Source of the DNA: Octopus sinensis
Lineage: Eukaryota
Direction: 5' to 3'
Length of the DNA: 64,000 nucleotides
Assembly: GCF_006345805.1 (NCBI RefSeq)
Contig: NC_043012.1
Coordinates: forward strand, 1,116,001 to 1,180,000
A model generated the notes under the pieces. That model saw only the letters and a list, made by a program, of their open reading frames with translations, ran no database searches and was not told where the DNA came from. The first letter of the stretch is position 1. The number at the start of each line of letters is the position of its first letter. This document shows, in pieces, positions 40,603 through 54,420 of the stretch. The position numbers were made by a program, and so were the translations under genes.

Positions 40603-43028
40603 TAGTAACAACAACTTGATACTTTTCCTGTTTCTCTCTTTCTCATTACTTTTATATTTTTTTTTTTCCGCATCTCATTCTGAAAATGGTTCTGCCTTCT
40701 TCAGTGTAGATTCTTCAGCTGATTTCATTTAATTTCCAAAAGAGTTTAATATAATTCAGGTGATGGAATATATATTGGCATGTTTCCAAATCATATATAA
40801 CAGCTCCATATTTTATTTCATTTTTTTTTTTTTTTGTATGAGTGTTTCATTTTTTCTTTCTTTTTTTCTGTCAGCAAGTTTTAGAATGATTTATAAAAAT
40901 AAAGTCATTACTAAATAACATAATTTATATTTATGTCTGTCCATTGTATTTATTCATCTCGATGTATAATTTATTTTCTTTGTGGTAAAGTCATTCCACC
41001 ATTTTTGCAGATAAATTACTATTTATCAAGTGATGGAATTGCAGTTTGGTTTGGTTTGGTTTAGGTGCAGTTTGGTAATTGCCAGACCATCTCTAAGAGA
41101 ACTGGTAAGAGATATCGCTCAGCACGATGGATTTCAGATGAAGATATATATTAAATGACAGCAATTTACCATTGTTAGTTCTTGTATTCAGGCCAATGAT
41201 AGGCCACTTTAAAACAAAGACAGGTAAGATTGGCTGATGGTTCTTGATCAAAATAATAACCTTCTCCAATAAATTTCCCTTTATTATTATTATCCTCATC
41301 ATTATTATTATTAAGGTGGCAAGCTAGCTGAATGATTAGTATGCTGGACAAAATGTTTAGTGGCATTTCATCCATCTTTACATTCTGAGTTCAAATTCCA
41401 CTGGGGACGATATAATCAACTAGCCCCCCCAACCTAAAATTTCAGGCAAAATTTTTAGTGGCATTTCGTCTGTCTTTATATTCTGAGTTCAAATTCCACT
41501 GAGGTCCAATTTGCTTTTCATCCTTTCAGGGTCGATGAAATAAGTACCAGTTACATACTGGGGTAAATATAATCGACTAGCCTCCATCTCAAAATTTCAG
41601 GCCTTGTACCTTTAGTAGAAAGGGATATTATAAAACAGATACAGAATCGTTAGCATGCCAGACAAGGGGTTTATTAGCATTTTGTCTGTTTTTTATGATC
41701 TGAGTTCAAATTCCACCAAGGCCAACTTTACATTTCTTCATTCAAAGCCAATAAAATAAGTACCAGTTGAGCACTGGGATTGAAGTAATTGGCTTAATTC
41801 CTTTGTTGAACTTTCTGGCCTTGTGCCAAAATTTGAAACCATTATTATAAAACAGATTACAAAGCCTGAATGGTTGACAGATTCAATGGAATGTAAGACA
41901 AAATACCTTGTAGCATTTTTATGGGTCTTTATATTCTGAGTCCAAATATTGCCGAGATCAAATTTTCCTTTCATTTTTGCAGTATTGATAACATAAAATA
42001 CCACTCATAAAATACTGAGATTGGAATAATTGACTATTCTCAGCCTTAAATGTTCTGGTTTTATAAGAAATTACTAAATAACATTTAATGGCTGTAGAGT
42101 GATAGAAATGGTAGAGCATCACTGAACAAAATGACCTGTGACATTTAGTTATTTTCCTTCGGGATCTGGGTTCATTTATCATCAGGGTTGACTTTGCCTT
42201 TCAATCTTCCAGTGTCAATAAAATCAGGTACCAGTTATATACTGGGTTGAATTAAACTGAAGCAATGTCCCTTTAAGTTGTTATGCATTGAGTATTGGTT
42301 AAAAAACATTTGTATAATACTCATATTTACAATCGTCAAGTGTGATCAATTTGTAGTTGGTTGAAAGGGAAAAAAGAGGGATGTTGTGAGGTTCATCCAT
42401 TTATGTCTTGTATTTTGTTCAGATTTTCCTACATTGGTCCTTACCATAGCATAATTCACTTTCAAAAAATAAAAAATAATAAAATCTGGAACATGACAAT
42501 GTTTTACATTTTATGCAAGAATAAAGAGCAGATGCAAGAATGTGCATGCCTTTTTGTATATGACTGTGAATGTGAATGTGTGTGTGTGTGTGTGTTTGTG
42601 TGTGTGAGTGTGACTTTCTGGAAGTGTCAGTGTATGCATATTATCATGTATGAAAATGAGTGTGCAAATACAATTATAAATATATATATATATATGTATA
42701 TATATTACTGGAGTTGTATGTTCATATATAGTGGAGGCACATGGCTTAGTGGTTGGGGTGTTTGAACTCATGATTGCAAGGTTGTGGTTTCGATTCCTGG
42801 ACCGGGCGATGTGTTGTATTCTTGAGCAAAACACTTCATTTTCATGTTGCTCAAGTCCACTTGGCTGGCAAAAATGAGTAATCCTGCAACGGGCCGGCGC
42901 CCTGTCCAGGTGGGGAATTTCTACACCACTGAAACTGGGAAACCGGCCCTTATGAGCCTGGCATGGCTCAAGAAGGAACATTCATTTTTTTTTATGTTCG
43001 TATATATAAATTTTCAGTATATGTTTAA

Positions 43029-43071
<43 letters not shown>

Positions 43072-43312
43072 GGAGAATTCACAAAAAACCGAAAGATGAA
43101 GATGGGTGGTGATCTTGACGTGCATGTGTATGTATGTGTAGCTGTGAAAATGCGGGTCTGGGAAGTGGTCAGTGCTGATGTGTGTGTGGTGGTGTGTTGT
43201 GATGTGATGTGTTGTGTGGTATGGTGGTGTAAGGTGTAGTGGCGTATGGTGTAGTGGTGTACAGTATGGTGTGATGGTGTTGAGAGGTGGGGAAGGTGGC
43301 GAGGCGAGAGTG

Positions 43313-43348
<36 letters not shown>

Positions 43349-43859
43349 GCTACTTTCTCGTATGTGAGAAAAGTCACTGCTAGAAAGAATCATTGAAATG
43401 AGTCATTGATTATGTGAGGCCCTTATATGAATCTTGAGCCCCACTAAAGTTTAGCCCATTTTATTGCATAATGCACTGTTTTGTGCCATAGTATGAAGTC
43501 TTTTAACAGGACATACACATACACACACACAGATATATATAAATCTATAAAACAAGAACACAGAATGAGCAGGCTTTAATACAAATCACAACAATAGTTT
43601 CTGTGCATTAGCTATCACTGTTAGTTGGCGAGTTTTCCATATTATACATAGTACTATATAAATATTATACAAATATAATCCAGCAATAGCTGTGTACTCA
43701 CACGTCATCAGGTGAGTGGCTTTGAGAGCTTACAAGTATGCATACATATATTTATATATGCGTATGCATATACATATATTTATATATGCGTATGCATACA
43801 TATATTTGTATATATGCGTATGCATATACAAGTATGCATACATATATTTATATATAGGC

Positions 43860-44027
43860 GCAGGAGTGGCTGTGTGGTAAGTAGCTTGCTAACCAACCAC
43901 ATGATTTTGGGTTCAATCCCACTGCATGGCATCTTGGGCAAATGTCTTCTGCTATAGCCCCGGGCCGACCAATGCCTTGTGAGTGGATTTGGTAGACAGA
44001 AACTGAAAGAAGCCTGTCGTATATATG

Positions 44028-44064
<37 letters not shown>

Positions 44065-44280
44065 TTGTGTGTCTGTGTTTGTCCCCCTAGCATTGCTTGA
44101 CAACCGATGCTGGTGTGTGTTTACGTCCCCGTCACTTAGCGGTTCGGCAAAAGAGACCGATAGAATAAGTACTGGGCTTACAAAGAATAAGTCCCGGGGT
44201 CGATTTGCTCGACTAAAGGCGGTGCTCCAGCATGGCCGCAGTCAAATGACTGAAACAAGTAAAAGAGTAAAAGAGTAAGA
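43860..44280 (+). mobile_element. Young full-length SINE family K with internal (TA)n(TG)n
   Basis: tRNA-like head caggagtggctgtgtggtaag...gggttcaatccc, internal microsatellite, CpG-rich 3' half, tail gactgaaacaagtaaaagagtaaaagag; 3' half nearly identical to about 45335-45555; other copies at 16050, 18180, 20930, 22960 and 48721. Confidence 0.88.
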
Positions 44281-44724
44281 GTATATAAAAAAATAAAATG
44301 GAAATGGAATAACATTGAAAACTCATTTGAAGAATACATATTTTATTTTCTGGACATAATTACACTTCTTGCACACCTAAATGCATTACCTTCGTTATTT
44401 TGCTCCAAATATATTCATTTTTACATCATGTAGTTTATATGAATCAAAAGCTGAACTTAAAAAACAAAACAAAAGGTAAACTTCAAATACAGTCCTTCCT
44501 TATCTCAAAACCCTTTTGAATGCTGTGATTTATGTGATCTATGTCATTTGATATTTAGAATACAAAACAGAAGCTAGATGATGATGATGATGATGATGGC
44601 AAGGAGGAGGAGGAGGGGGAGGAGGGGGAAGAGGATGATGATGAAGACGACAATGACGATGATGATGGTGATGATGAGGAGGAGGCAGAGAAGGAGGTGG
44701 AGAAGAAAGAGGAGTATAATGATG

Positions 44725-44774
<50 letters not shown>

Positions 44775-44996
44775 TCTCAAAAGCAATGGCAGTGCACTTT
44801 CATACACAGATTAAAAATCAAACTCAAGAGACTCAGATAAATCTTGAGTGAATGTATTAGAGATCAATACATATTTGAGTATATTGAAACTGCTAACCTG
44901 TTGTATTTGAGAAATTATTACTATTATCATTATTTTTATTATTATTATTATCATCATCATCATCATGATTATTATTATTATCATTGGGGAGAGAGA

Positions 44997-45028
<32 letters not shown>

Positions 45029-45285
45029 TCAGGAATGAAGACAGAATCAGGTGTGCTACCACAAAAGAAATACATGGTTACTCAACCTGAGGGAAAGGGT
45101 AAGATGTAAGATCCAAAGACCAAGGTGCAGGAGGTTAGTGAGCTTTAAGCAGCCCACATAAGATATAGAAAAAAAAGACAACTTTCAGAAGCAATATTGG
45201 CAAAGAAGGTTGTGAATTTTTCCTATATCAAAAGCTCATCTGTTTTTTTCAAATTGTCCAACCCATGCCAGCATGGAAAAGGGGA

Positions 45286-45332
<47 letters not shown>

Positions 45333-46292
45333 CATATGTTTGTGTGTCTGTGTTTGTCCCTCTAGCATTGCTTGACAACTGATGCTGGTGTGTTTACGCC
45401 CCCGTCACTTAGCGGTTCGGCAAAAGAGACCGATAGAATAAGTACTGGGCTTACAAAGAATAAGTCCCGGGGTCGATTTGCTCGACTAAAGGCGGTGCTC
45501 CAGCATGGCCGCAGTCAAATGACTGAAACAAGTAAAAGAGTAAAAAAGTAAAGAGTATGCACAAATATATTTGGAATAAAATAATTGCTATATTGGCCTC
45601 AGAAAGCTACATGTACATATTTAAATATGCAAATATTTATTGTATGTATCATACACACACACACGCACACACACACACACACATACACACTCACTCATAC
45701 ACACACACACTCACACATAAACACACATGTCTAAATCTAATTATGTCCAGGGAAAATATATTTTTTTTTATCGCACACTACAATTTCATTGTTCAACTGT
45801 CATTCTATTTGAATTCTATTTTATTATATTACATTTAATCATATTATATTTTATTAAATTAAAAAATATTATAATAATTTATCATATTATAACATCGGTT
45901 TAATCCAAATCTATTGAGCTCTGTGCTACACTTTCAAAGGGAGATGTCTCTGTAGAATTTGAAAACTATCAATACCTATTATTATTGTTGTTGTTCTCGT
46001 TGTTGTTGTAAGTGTGTTTTATGGACATATGATATATGATATATATATAACAAGCTATAATATTCAATTCCAATGCAATTGGGTATAAAGAGGTCGTATA
46101 TCATGAGTTCAATACATATTATTCCATAGCAAGTTTAAATATATGTTTGTTAAATATGCTGTTCACAACTTCTGTATACATACATATTATTCACACCTGC
46201 TCTTGTGCATAATATAAATATAGATGTGCGTATGTATACATATATATGTGTGTGTGTATGTATGTATGTATGTATATGTGTATTCATATATG

Positions 46293-46327
<35 letters not shown>

Positions 46328-46336
46328 GTTTGTATA

Positions 46337-46371
<35 letters not shown>

Positions 46372-46692
46372 TGTTTATAAACATTTGGTTATTTATTACA
46401 TATGTAAATATATAAATAAATATATACAAATATATATATATATGTATATATACATATATATATATTCTACACCCTCACATATACTTGATACCATATATAT
46501 GTAATTTAAAAAGACTGAATTTCATTCATTTTAATTCTTTATAATTTTGGAGTGTTTGTAAATATACCAAGTATGTGCATGTGTATTTGGGTATGAGTAT
46601 GCTTTTATGGATCTGAATATAAGTGTTTATACATGTATACATATATACATACATATATGTACATATATATATATAGATATATATATATATAT

Positions 46693-46748
<56 letters not shown>

Positions 46749-47167
46749 ATATATAGATAGATATATAGATAGATAGATATAGATATATATATATAGATAG
46801 ATATATATATACATATATATATATATATGAAGGTGCATGGCTCAGTGGTGAGAGCATCAAGCTGATGATCGTGAGGTTGTGAGTTTGAATCCTGGACTGG
46901 ATTGCATGTTGTGTTCTTGAGCAAGACACTTTATTTCATGTTGCTCCAGTTCACTCAGCTGTAGAAATGAGTTGCGATGTCACAGGTGCCAAGCTGCATC
47001 GGCCTTTGCCTTATCCCTAGGATAACACTGGTGGCATGGAGAGGGGTGGCTGGTATGCATGGGCGACTGCTGGTCTTCCATAAAACAACCTTGCCCGGAC
47101 TTGTGCCTCGGAGAGAAACTCTCTAGGTGCAATCCCTTGGTTAGTCATGACCAAAAGGGGTCTCAAA

Positions 47168-47214
<47 letters not shown>

Positions 47215-47667
47215 TATGTGTGTGTATATATATATATATATATATACAAATGCGTACACACACATATATATTAATGTTGTACTTGGACTTCTAATATCTT
47301 TCTTTCTTTCCCTCTCCTACTTTTCAGGTAGGGAAGCCATGTATTCACCTCGTCAGTAAAGCAACCTGCTTCTCTCCTTCTATCATAGCTTTTTATTTCT
47401 CCATTCTGTACCCTGTTCAGTTAAGGGGTCTTATGTTGCAGGTATTTGGTGACTGTACCAGTGCTGGTGCCACAGTGAAAAAAATAAAAAGCACCCAGAA
47501 CTACACTCTGTCAAGTGGTTGCCACTTAGGAAGGGCTACCGCATGTAGAAAGCGTGCCTGGTGCAACTCTGCTACTCGTCTGCCCTTGACAAACTGTCCG
47601 ACCCATGCCAGCATGAAAAAAAAAAGGATGTTGAATGATGTTGACGATGACGATGACGATGATGATA

Positions 47668-47760
<93 letters not shown>

Positions 47761-47931
47761 GCGATTATGATGATGACAACAGCGACGATGATGATGATGA
47801 TGATAGTGATGATGAGGAGGAGGAGGCTATGTGCATGACCAAAATGAAAACAGAAGTAAAGCGAAAAATTTTAAATCAGGAAATAGGAAAATAAAATAAT
47901 AATAATAACGATAATAATAATAGTAGTATTA

Positions 47932-47990
<59 letters not shown>

Positions 47991-47991
47991 T

Positions 47992-48028
<37 letters not shown>

Positions 48029-49242
48029 TTTAACTGTGTTCATTGGCACTGTGTTAAATATGAAATTTTCTTTCAGTTAAACAGAGAATTTCCATATCAT
48101 CGACCATGTTGTTTCCAAAAATTTTGAAAAAATAAGATTTTTCAAACATAAAAAAAATAATATATTCCATGCAAGAATTTATAAACATCTTCTTTGAAAA
48201 TAATTTTGATGGTAAAACTCTGCAAGACTGTGAGTGATGAAGAATTTTGTGCAGCAAACATTTGGTAACTAATGTTTAATTTGAGTTATGGATTATCTTG
48301 GATAAATATTAGATTCACATCACCAAAGTCTTCAGAGAGAAATCTGCTTGATAATATGCAGAAGCTTAACAGAGGCATCTGCAAACATTCACTTTATGCC
48401 TGGTTTGTATAAGATTAGACGAATGCCAGTGAAATGGCAGAACCGTTAGCTTGTTGGGAAAAATGCTTAATGGCATTTTGTTCATCCTTACATTCTGAGT
48501 TCAAATTCCACAAAGGTCATCTTTGTCTTTCATTCGTTCGGGGTCGATAAAATAAGACCCAGTTGAGCACTGAGGTCAATGCAGTTGACTTGGCCCCACA
48601 CATGAATTTGCTGGCCTTGTGCCAAAACCAATATATAGGAAGGCACATGGAGTTCTAATATTGAATATCATGCAATTTGAATTCAAATGACCATTACACA
48701 ATCATATAATATGTATATAGGCACAGGAGTAGCTGAGTGGTAAGTAGCTTGCTTACCAACCACATGGTTCTGGGTTCAGTCCCAATGAGTGGCACTTTGG
48801 GCAAGTGTCTTCTACTATAGCCTCGGGTCGAATAAAGCCTTGTGAGTGGATTTGGTAGACGGAAACTGAAAGAAGTCCATCACATTATATATATATATAT
48901 GTGTGTGTGTGTATATATATATATATTTATATATATATATATATGTGTATATATGTATATATGTATATATATATATGTTTGCATGTCTATTTGTCTTCCC
49001 ACCATCACTTGACAACTGATGCTGTTGTGTTTATATTTCGTGACTTAGCGGTTCAGTAAAAGGGACCAATGGGATAAGTACTAGGCTTACAAAGAATAAG
49101 TCCTGGGGTTTGTTCAACTAAACGTGGTGCTCCAGCACGGCTACACTCAAATGACTGAAACAAATAAAACAATAAAACAATGTATATATATACACACACA
49201 TACACGCATACATATATATGTGTGTGTATGTGTATGAGTGTG

Positions 49243-49288
<46 letters not shown>

Positions 49289-49655
49289 TCCCCCAAATAC
49301 TGTTGTTGGTATAGTCCTTTGTAATTTGGGATCTATATGATGGGGAAATATTGGCATCAAATATAAGTTTGCAAGTTCTTTTTTTATCCAGAATGCGTAC
49401 ATGAAATGTGTTAGCCCAACTCTTTTTGAGATTTTCTAAATTTATTCTCAATCGTGTTCAACATAATTAATATAATTAATTTCTCTGTAATGTTTCCTTG
49501 AAACTGTATTGCTCTGAGGCAGCAGAGTTTACTTCCCGAATTACCACACAACAACATTTTTTCCCTTTAGATGAGTTGTGTGTATTATATATATATACTT
49601 TGTATATGTATATATGTGTATATATACTTTGTATGTATATATGTGTGTATATATA

Positions 49656-49711
<56 letters not shown>

Positions 49712-49853
49712 ATTATATATGTATATATTATATGTATAAATATATATATATAACATATATATATATACATATATATATATGTATATATATATATAAATTT
49801 ATATATATATATATATATATCTTATATATATATATATATATATATTATATACA

Positions 49854-49999
49854 CGAGAAAGAAGCAACAAGAATGGATAGGTTTTTAGTACAATCGTTTC
49901 ATACAAGGACAGGCTTTATTAAGTTGCAACTTTTATAAAGTCTGTCTTGTATGAAAACGATTGTACTAAAAACCTATCCATTCTTGTTGCTTCTTCTCG
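49854..49999. repeat. Near-perfect palindrome with about 72-bp arms
   Basis: Centre aagttg|caactt at 49921-49932; arms match apart from a few small indels and substitutions. Confidence 0.92.
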
Positions 50000-50232
50000 C
50001 TTATAATCACCCACATACTGTATTGTTAAAACCGTATAGTTTTTTTGGTGCATCTAAGTTAGTACCATATTCAAGTAAATTCATTTAATTAACTGAATCT
50101 TTATTGCTTTCTGTATATATATATACTAATCATATATATATATGTATATATATATACATATATATATATGTGTATAATATTATATATATATATATGTATA
50201 TTTATGTGTATATATAATATATATATAGACAG

Positions 50233-50265
50233 CGCTTGGCAACAGATGCGGAAATGGCTGTAAGA
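50233..50265 (+). promoter_or_regulatory. Promoter/first-exon-like site: RFX X-box half-site, gcggaaat motif, ATG-GCT and a strong donor
   Basis: cgcttggcaacagatgcggaaATGGCT|gtaaga in a locally CpG-retaining stretch; strong acceptor ttttatctgtctcctgcag| at 50575. Confidence 0.35.
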
Positions 50266-51336
50266 TTTGCTACATAAGCTATTTGTTATGTCATGCCTTG
50301 TATATTAAAAAATAAGCTATAAATGTGGTCCAATCGATGTGTTTGTTAATCTGAGCTTTTCTCCATTTTCTAATTATTTATATATACGTGTGTATATATT
50401 ATATATATATATACACAAGTGAAGTAACCAGTTTGGTTAGGTACTATATTCGTTCATTCCATTATGATTAAATGACTGTGGAGGCTATTATATAATGTAC
50501 GTTGCAAAATAGGCAAGACCATATTTTTGCTGTCACTTATGTTTACTCGTGCGATGTTTTATCTGTCTCCTGCAGATTGCTGAAACAACACTAAACCATG
50601 GAATATGTGTTATGTCAGCTGCTCTGTTGTTCATTATAAGGAGTATTTCATACAGTTACAATATTTGAAAATATAAAATGTTACTGATTATTTTAAAAAG
50701 AAAATCTTACCAAAAAAAATAAAAGATGAAAGGGAATGATGTGAACCTTTGGGGATTAAGTTTTCATATTGTGTGTGCAAATACTTTTGTTGTTCAGTGA
50801 TAAGGGTGACCCTTAGGAATTATATCTGGGGCATGTGTTTTATAGCATCACCCCAAGTCAGGCCAAAACTTTTGAGTGAAACTGAGTAGATGGAAACCAT
50901 TGTGCAGCTTTGTTACAGACTGTGTTGCGTTGTTTCTTACTGAGAATTGCATGAAAGGTCTACATGTCTGTGGAATGCTCAGCCACTTACGGATTGTATT
51001 TCAGTCTATGTGGTACAGTTGGTTGAATAATTATAATACTTATCTTCTGAACAAATGGTGATTCATTTTCTTGTAATCATATGTGTATGAATGTAAATCT
51101 ACAGAGTCATTGTGTTTCCACAGCTTGAAACTATTAGTAGCTGAAATTTAAATATGATATGTATTAAATGATATATATTTCTCATTGGATGGAGAACATT
51201 TAATTGATCATACCTATAATGGATCAGTAAACCCTACACATGCACACGCACACACACACGCACACATATACATACATACATATATACATATAATTATATA
51301 TATATATATATATAATTATGTACATACATATGTACT

Positions 51337-51377
<41 letters not shown>

Positions 51378-51378
<1 letters not shown>

Positions 51379-51570
51379 GGGAGAGTTTACGAAAAAACAA
51401 AAGACGAAGACAGGTCATGTACAGAACAAACAGATGTATTAATATAACACTCAGGAATAGAAAAAGTCTTTTACATTCGAGCCTACGCTCTTCTACAGAA
51501 AGGTACATAGAAAAAACATGGAGAGAAAACCAAAATGTGTGTAGTGGCTAACGATCTATCATGGCGACTG
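51378..51570 (-). mobile_element. Penelope-like terminal-repeat remnant (second family) with a hammerhead motif
   Basis: Minus strand ctttctgtagaagagcgtaggctcgaatgtaaaagac; flanked by (TA)n; related end fragment at about 43069-43110. Confidence 0.6.
51468..51502 (-). ncRNA. Degenerate minimal hammerhead ribozyme motif
   Basis: Stem I cttt/aaag, core CTGTAGA + A, stem II GAGC-gtag-GCTC, GAA, TGT (decayed ACGT), H17=A. Confidence 0.5.
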
Positions 51571-51587
51571 ACTTGGAAGTTGGCCGA

Positions 51588-51658
<71 letters not shown>

Positions 51659-51884
51659 TATATCTATAAATAAATAAATAAATATATACATATATATGTA
51701 TGTATATATATATATATATGTATATGTATATATATATAAATGTGGTGGGTTGTATGTATGTATAAAAAATCCATAATATTTTTTGTTGGTCTATATTTTT
51801 ATTCATCTTCAGACTTACTTTATTCTAAATAGCTGGATATAGCTTCTTTTGAACTTCTCACCCACTGAAATGATATACATTCAA

Positions 51885-51935
<51 letters not shown>

Positions 51936-53174
51936 AGTGTGTACATATTTATATGTATATAGTCAAAAATAAATATATATACTTATATATATATATACAT
52001 ACATATATACATATGTATGTATATATATCTATTTATATAGATATATAGACACACTCAAATTTCTACATATATATATATATATATGTACATCTATATATAT
52101 ATATGTATATATATTTATATGTATATATATATATATATACAAATATCTATACATATATATATGCATAAGCATATATATTATAGATTCTTCATACATTAAT
52201 CTTGTCATTTTAATATTAATGTGTTGATCTGTATATGACCGTTCATGCATGCACATGTGTGTATAAATTTTGGGGTGTGCATGCACGTGTGTGCGTGTTT
52301 GTGTGTGTGTGTGTGTGTTGTGTGCATGTGTGTGTGATTTCTTTATATAACTATTTATTCAATATATGATTTACTACAGCAGCTTTCTATAGGATCCTAG
52401 CAGAGCTTACAACCAGTCAGTTGTGGAATTTTCCTCACACGTGGACTGCAAGTATGCATCGACTGCATATGCACACGTCATCTTGGCAACCGTATCAGTG
52501 TTATGTTTGTCAAGTTGTGCACTGTGCTTTTGATGGTTGTAATGTTTGAAGAAATCTTTGATAACTATGATGATGATGATGATGATGACAATGATGATGG
52601 TGATGATGACAATGATGATGATGATGATGATGATGATGTTTTTGTTGTGCATGTGTGTGTCCATGTATGTGCATGTGTGTGCATGTTGGCGTTTCTTTTG
52701 AATCTAAATATATTACTTCTCCCATTCATGGCAATGATAATTACAACGATGGTGTTGATGATGTTTTGTTGTTGATGATGATGATGATGATGTTGATGAT
52801 GATGATGATGATGATGATGACTACTGCTACGATGCAGACGCCGCCGACGATGAGGCTGATGGCAATAATGATGATGATGATGCTGGTGGTTATGCTGGTG
52901 TTGATGAGTATGCTTGTCTAAGAGTGTGCATGCATGTGACAAATGTGTGTGTGTGTGTGTGTGAGTATGTGATGAAGCACAAGGCCAGCAATTTTGAGGA
53001 CTGAGTGGGTGGGTGGGTTGCCAATGACATCAACCCCTGTATTTAACTTGTACTTATTTGAGTGACCCCATAAAAACGAGAAGCAAAGTTAATCTAGATG
53101 CTAAAGGGCCCAAAAAAATACTACATAGTACTTTTATTGACAGTCTAGTGATTCTGTCAGCTCTCTGCATAATG

Positions 53175-53225
<51 letters not shown>

Positions 53226-53254
53226 GCAACAATAATAATAATGATAGTAATGCT

Positions 53255-53760
53255 GATACAATGCATACAGATAGAGAGATCAAGCATAATAGACCAGATA
53301 TTGTTGTCAGGGTCCACCAAGAATAAAATGCCTTCTAATTGATATATCAGTTCCAACAGATGATAATGTATCTCTCAAATGAAACAGAGAAATATCTGAA
53401 ACGCAAGAATTTAGAAACAGAAATAACACAAATATAGAGCTTGAAGACTGAAATAATCTCTATATTAATAGGTGCATTATGCATGGTTAAAAAACATACA
53501 GACAAATAAATAACCAAATCACCAGGAGTTACAAATATGTTATAACACAGACAAATACACAGCAAAAACACCAGGACTTGCAATTATATATAGCATACAG
53601 AAAATAACACTACTAGGCACCGCACACATCCTACGTAAAACACTTTCAATACAGTAAAAATAAGAGCATCACAACAAACCACAGCACATACCCAAGGCAC
53701 AGAGAGCTGCGCTCGGTAGTGCAGTGAAAGCACAAGATAAAAATAAGACTACTGAATAAT
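53255..53760 (+). mobile_element. R4/Dong-type retrotransposon 3' end with (TAA)n tail
   Basis: DREIKHNRPDIVV...LIDISVPTDDNVSL...TEIISILIGAL...TLLGTAHILRKTLSIQ with stops and frameshifts, a 3' UTR, then taataataa; preceded by (TAA)n. Confidence 0.85.
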
Positions 53761-54029
53761 AATAAGGATAAGAGTAATGATAATAATAACAACAACAACA
53801 ACAACAACAATAATGCTTTCAATAGCCATAAGGCCTGAAAATTTGGTGGGGAAGGCTAAGTTGATAACTGGTACTTGAATGGTACTTATTTTATTAACTC
53901 TTAAAGGATGAGAGGCAAGAATCAACCTCAATGCAATCTGAACTCACAATGTAAAGTTTAAAAAAGGTAAAATGCCAAAAAAAAAAGAAAAAAGCATTTT
54001 TTCTGACACTAATGACTCTGCTAGATTGC

Positions 54030-54420
54030 TGTTTAATTATTCTTTGTCTTAGATCCATTCTTAGAGCTGTCCTGTCCATTGGGCAGCACAATGTCTCCAA
54101 TAATCACAATATTGAGTACAGCCACCTGCACAGGTGCTGCTAAGCTGCTTCTGATCTTCTTTGAAGATGGTGCACCGTGTCTTCTTGGGTTCCTGTCTTT
54201 TTTGTTTGTCCCTCTGGTTGTAACCATTGCATAGCTGTCATGGGTATCCATCCTTCTGGCAGTCTAAAACACATCCTGCAAAGTTTCGCTCTTCTTTCTG
54301 CCACAATCTTCTGCAAGTTGCGCTTCTCAGGAATTCTGAGTTTGTGATTCTATTCTTGTAGCAGATCTTGAAAATTCTATATATACACCATTGGTGAAAT
54401 GCATTTGACCTCTGACTGAA
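54030..54420 (-). mobile_element. RTE-clade LINE RT C-terminal remnant
   Basis: KICYKNRITNSEFLR...LQKIVAERR...FRLPEGWIPMTAMQW...KKT...FKED with frameshifts. Confidence 0.65.

Noticed and set aside
41044-41064. Telomere-like gtttggtttggtttggtttagg
   Set aside because: Short (GTTTG)n microsatellite, not a TTAGGG array
48077-48230. Plus-strand exon candidate ending GACT|gtgagt
   Set aside because: Needs an assumed 1-nt error in an A8 run to stay open; unsupported without reads
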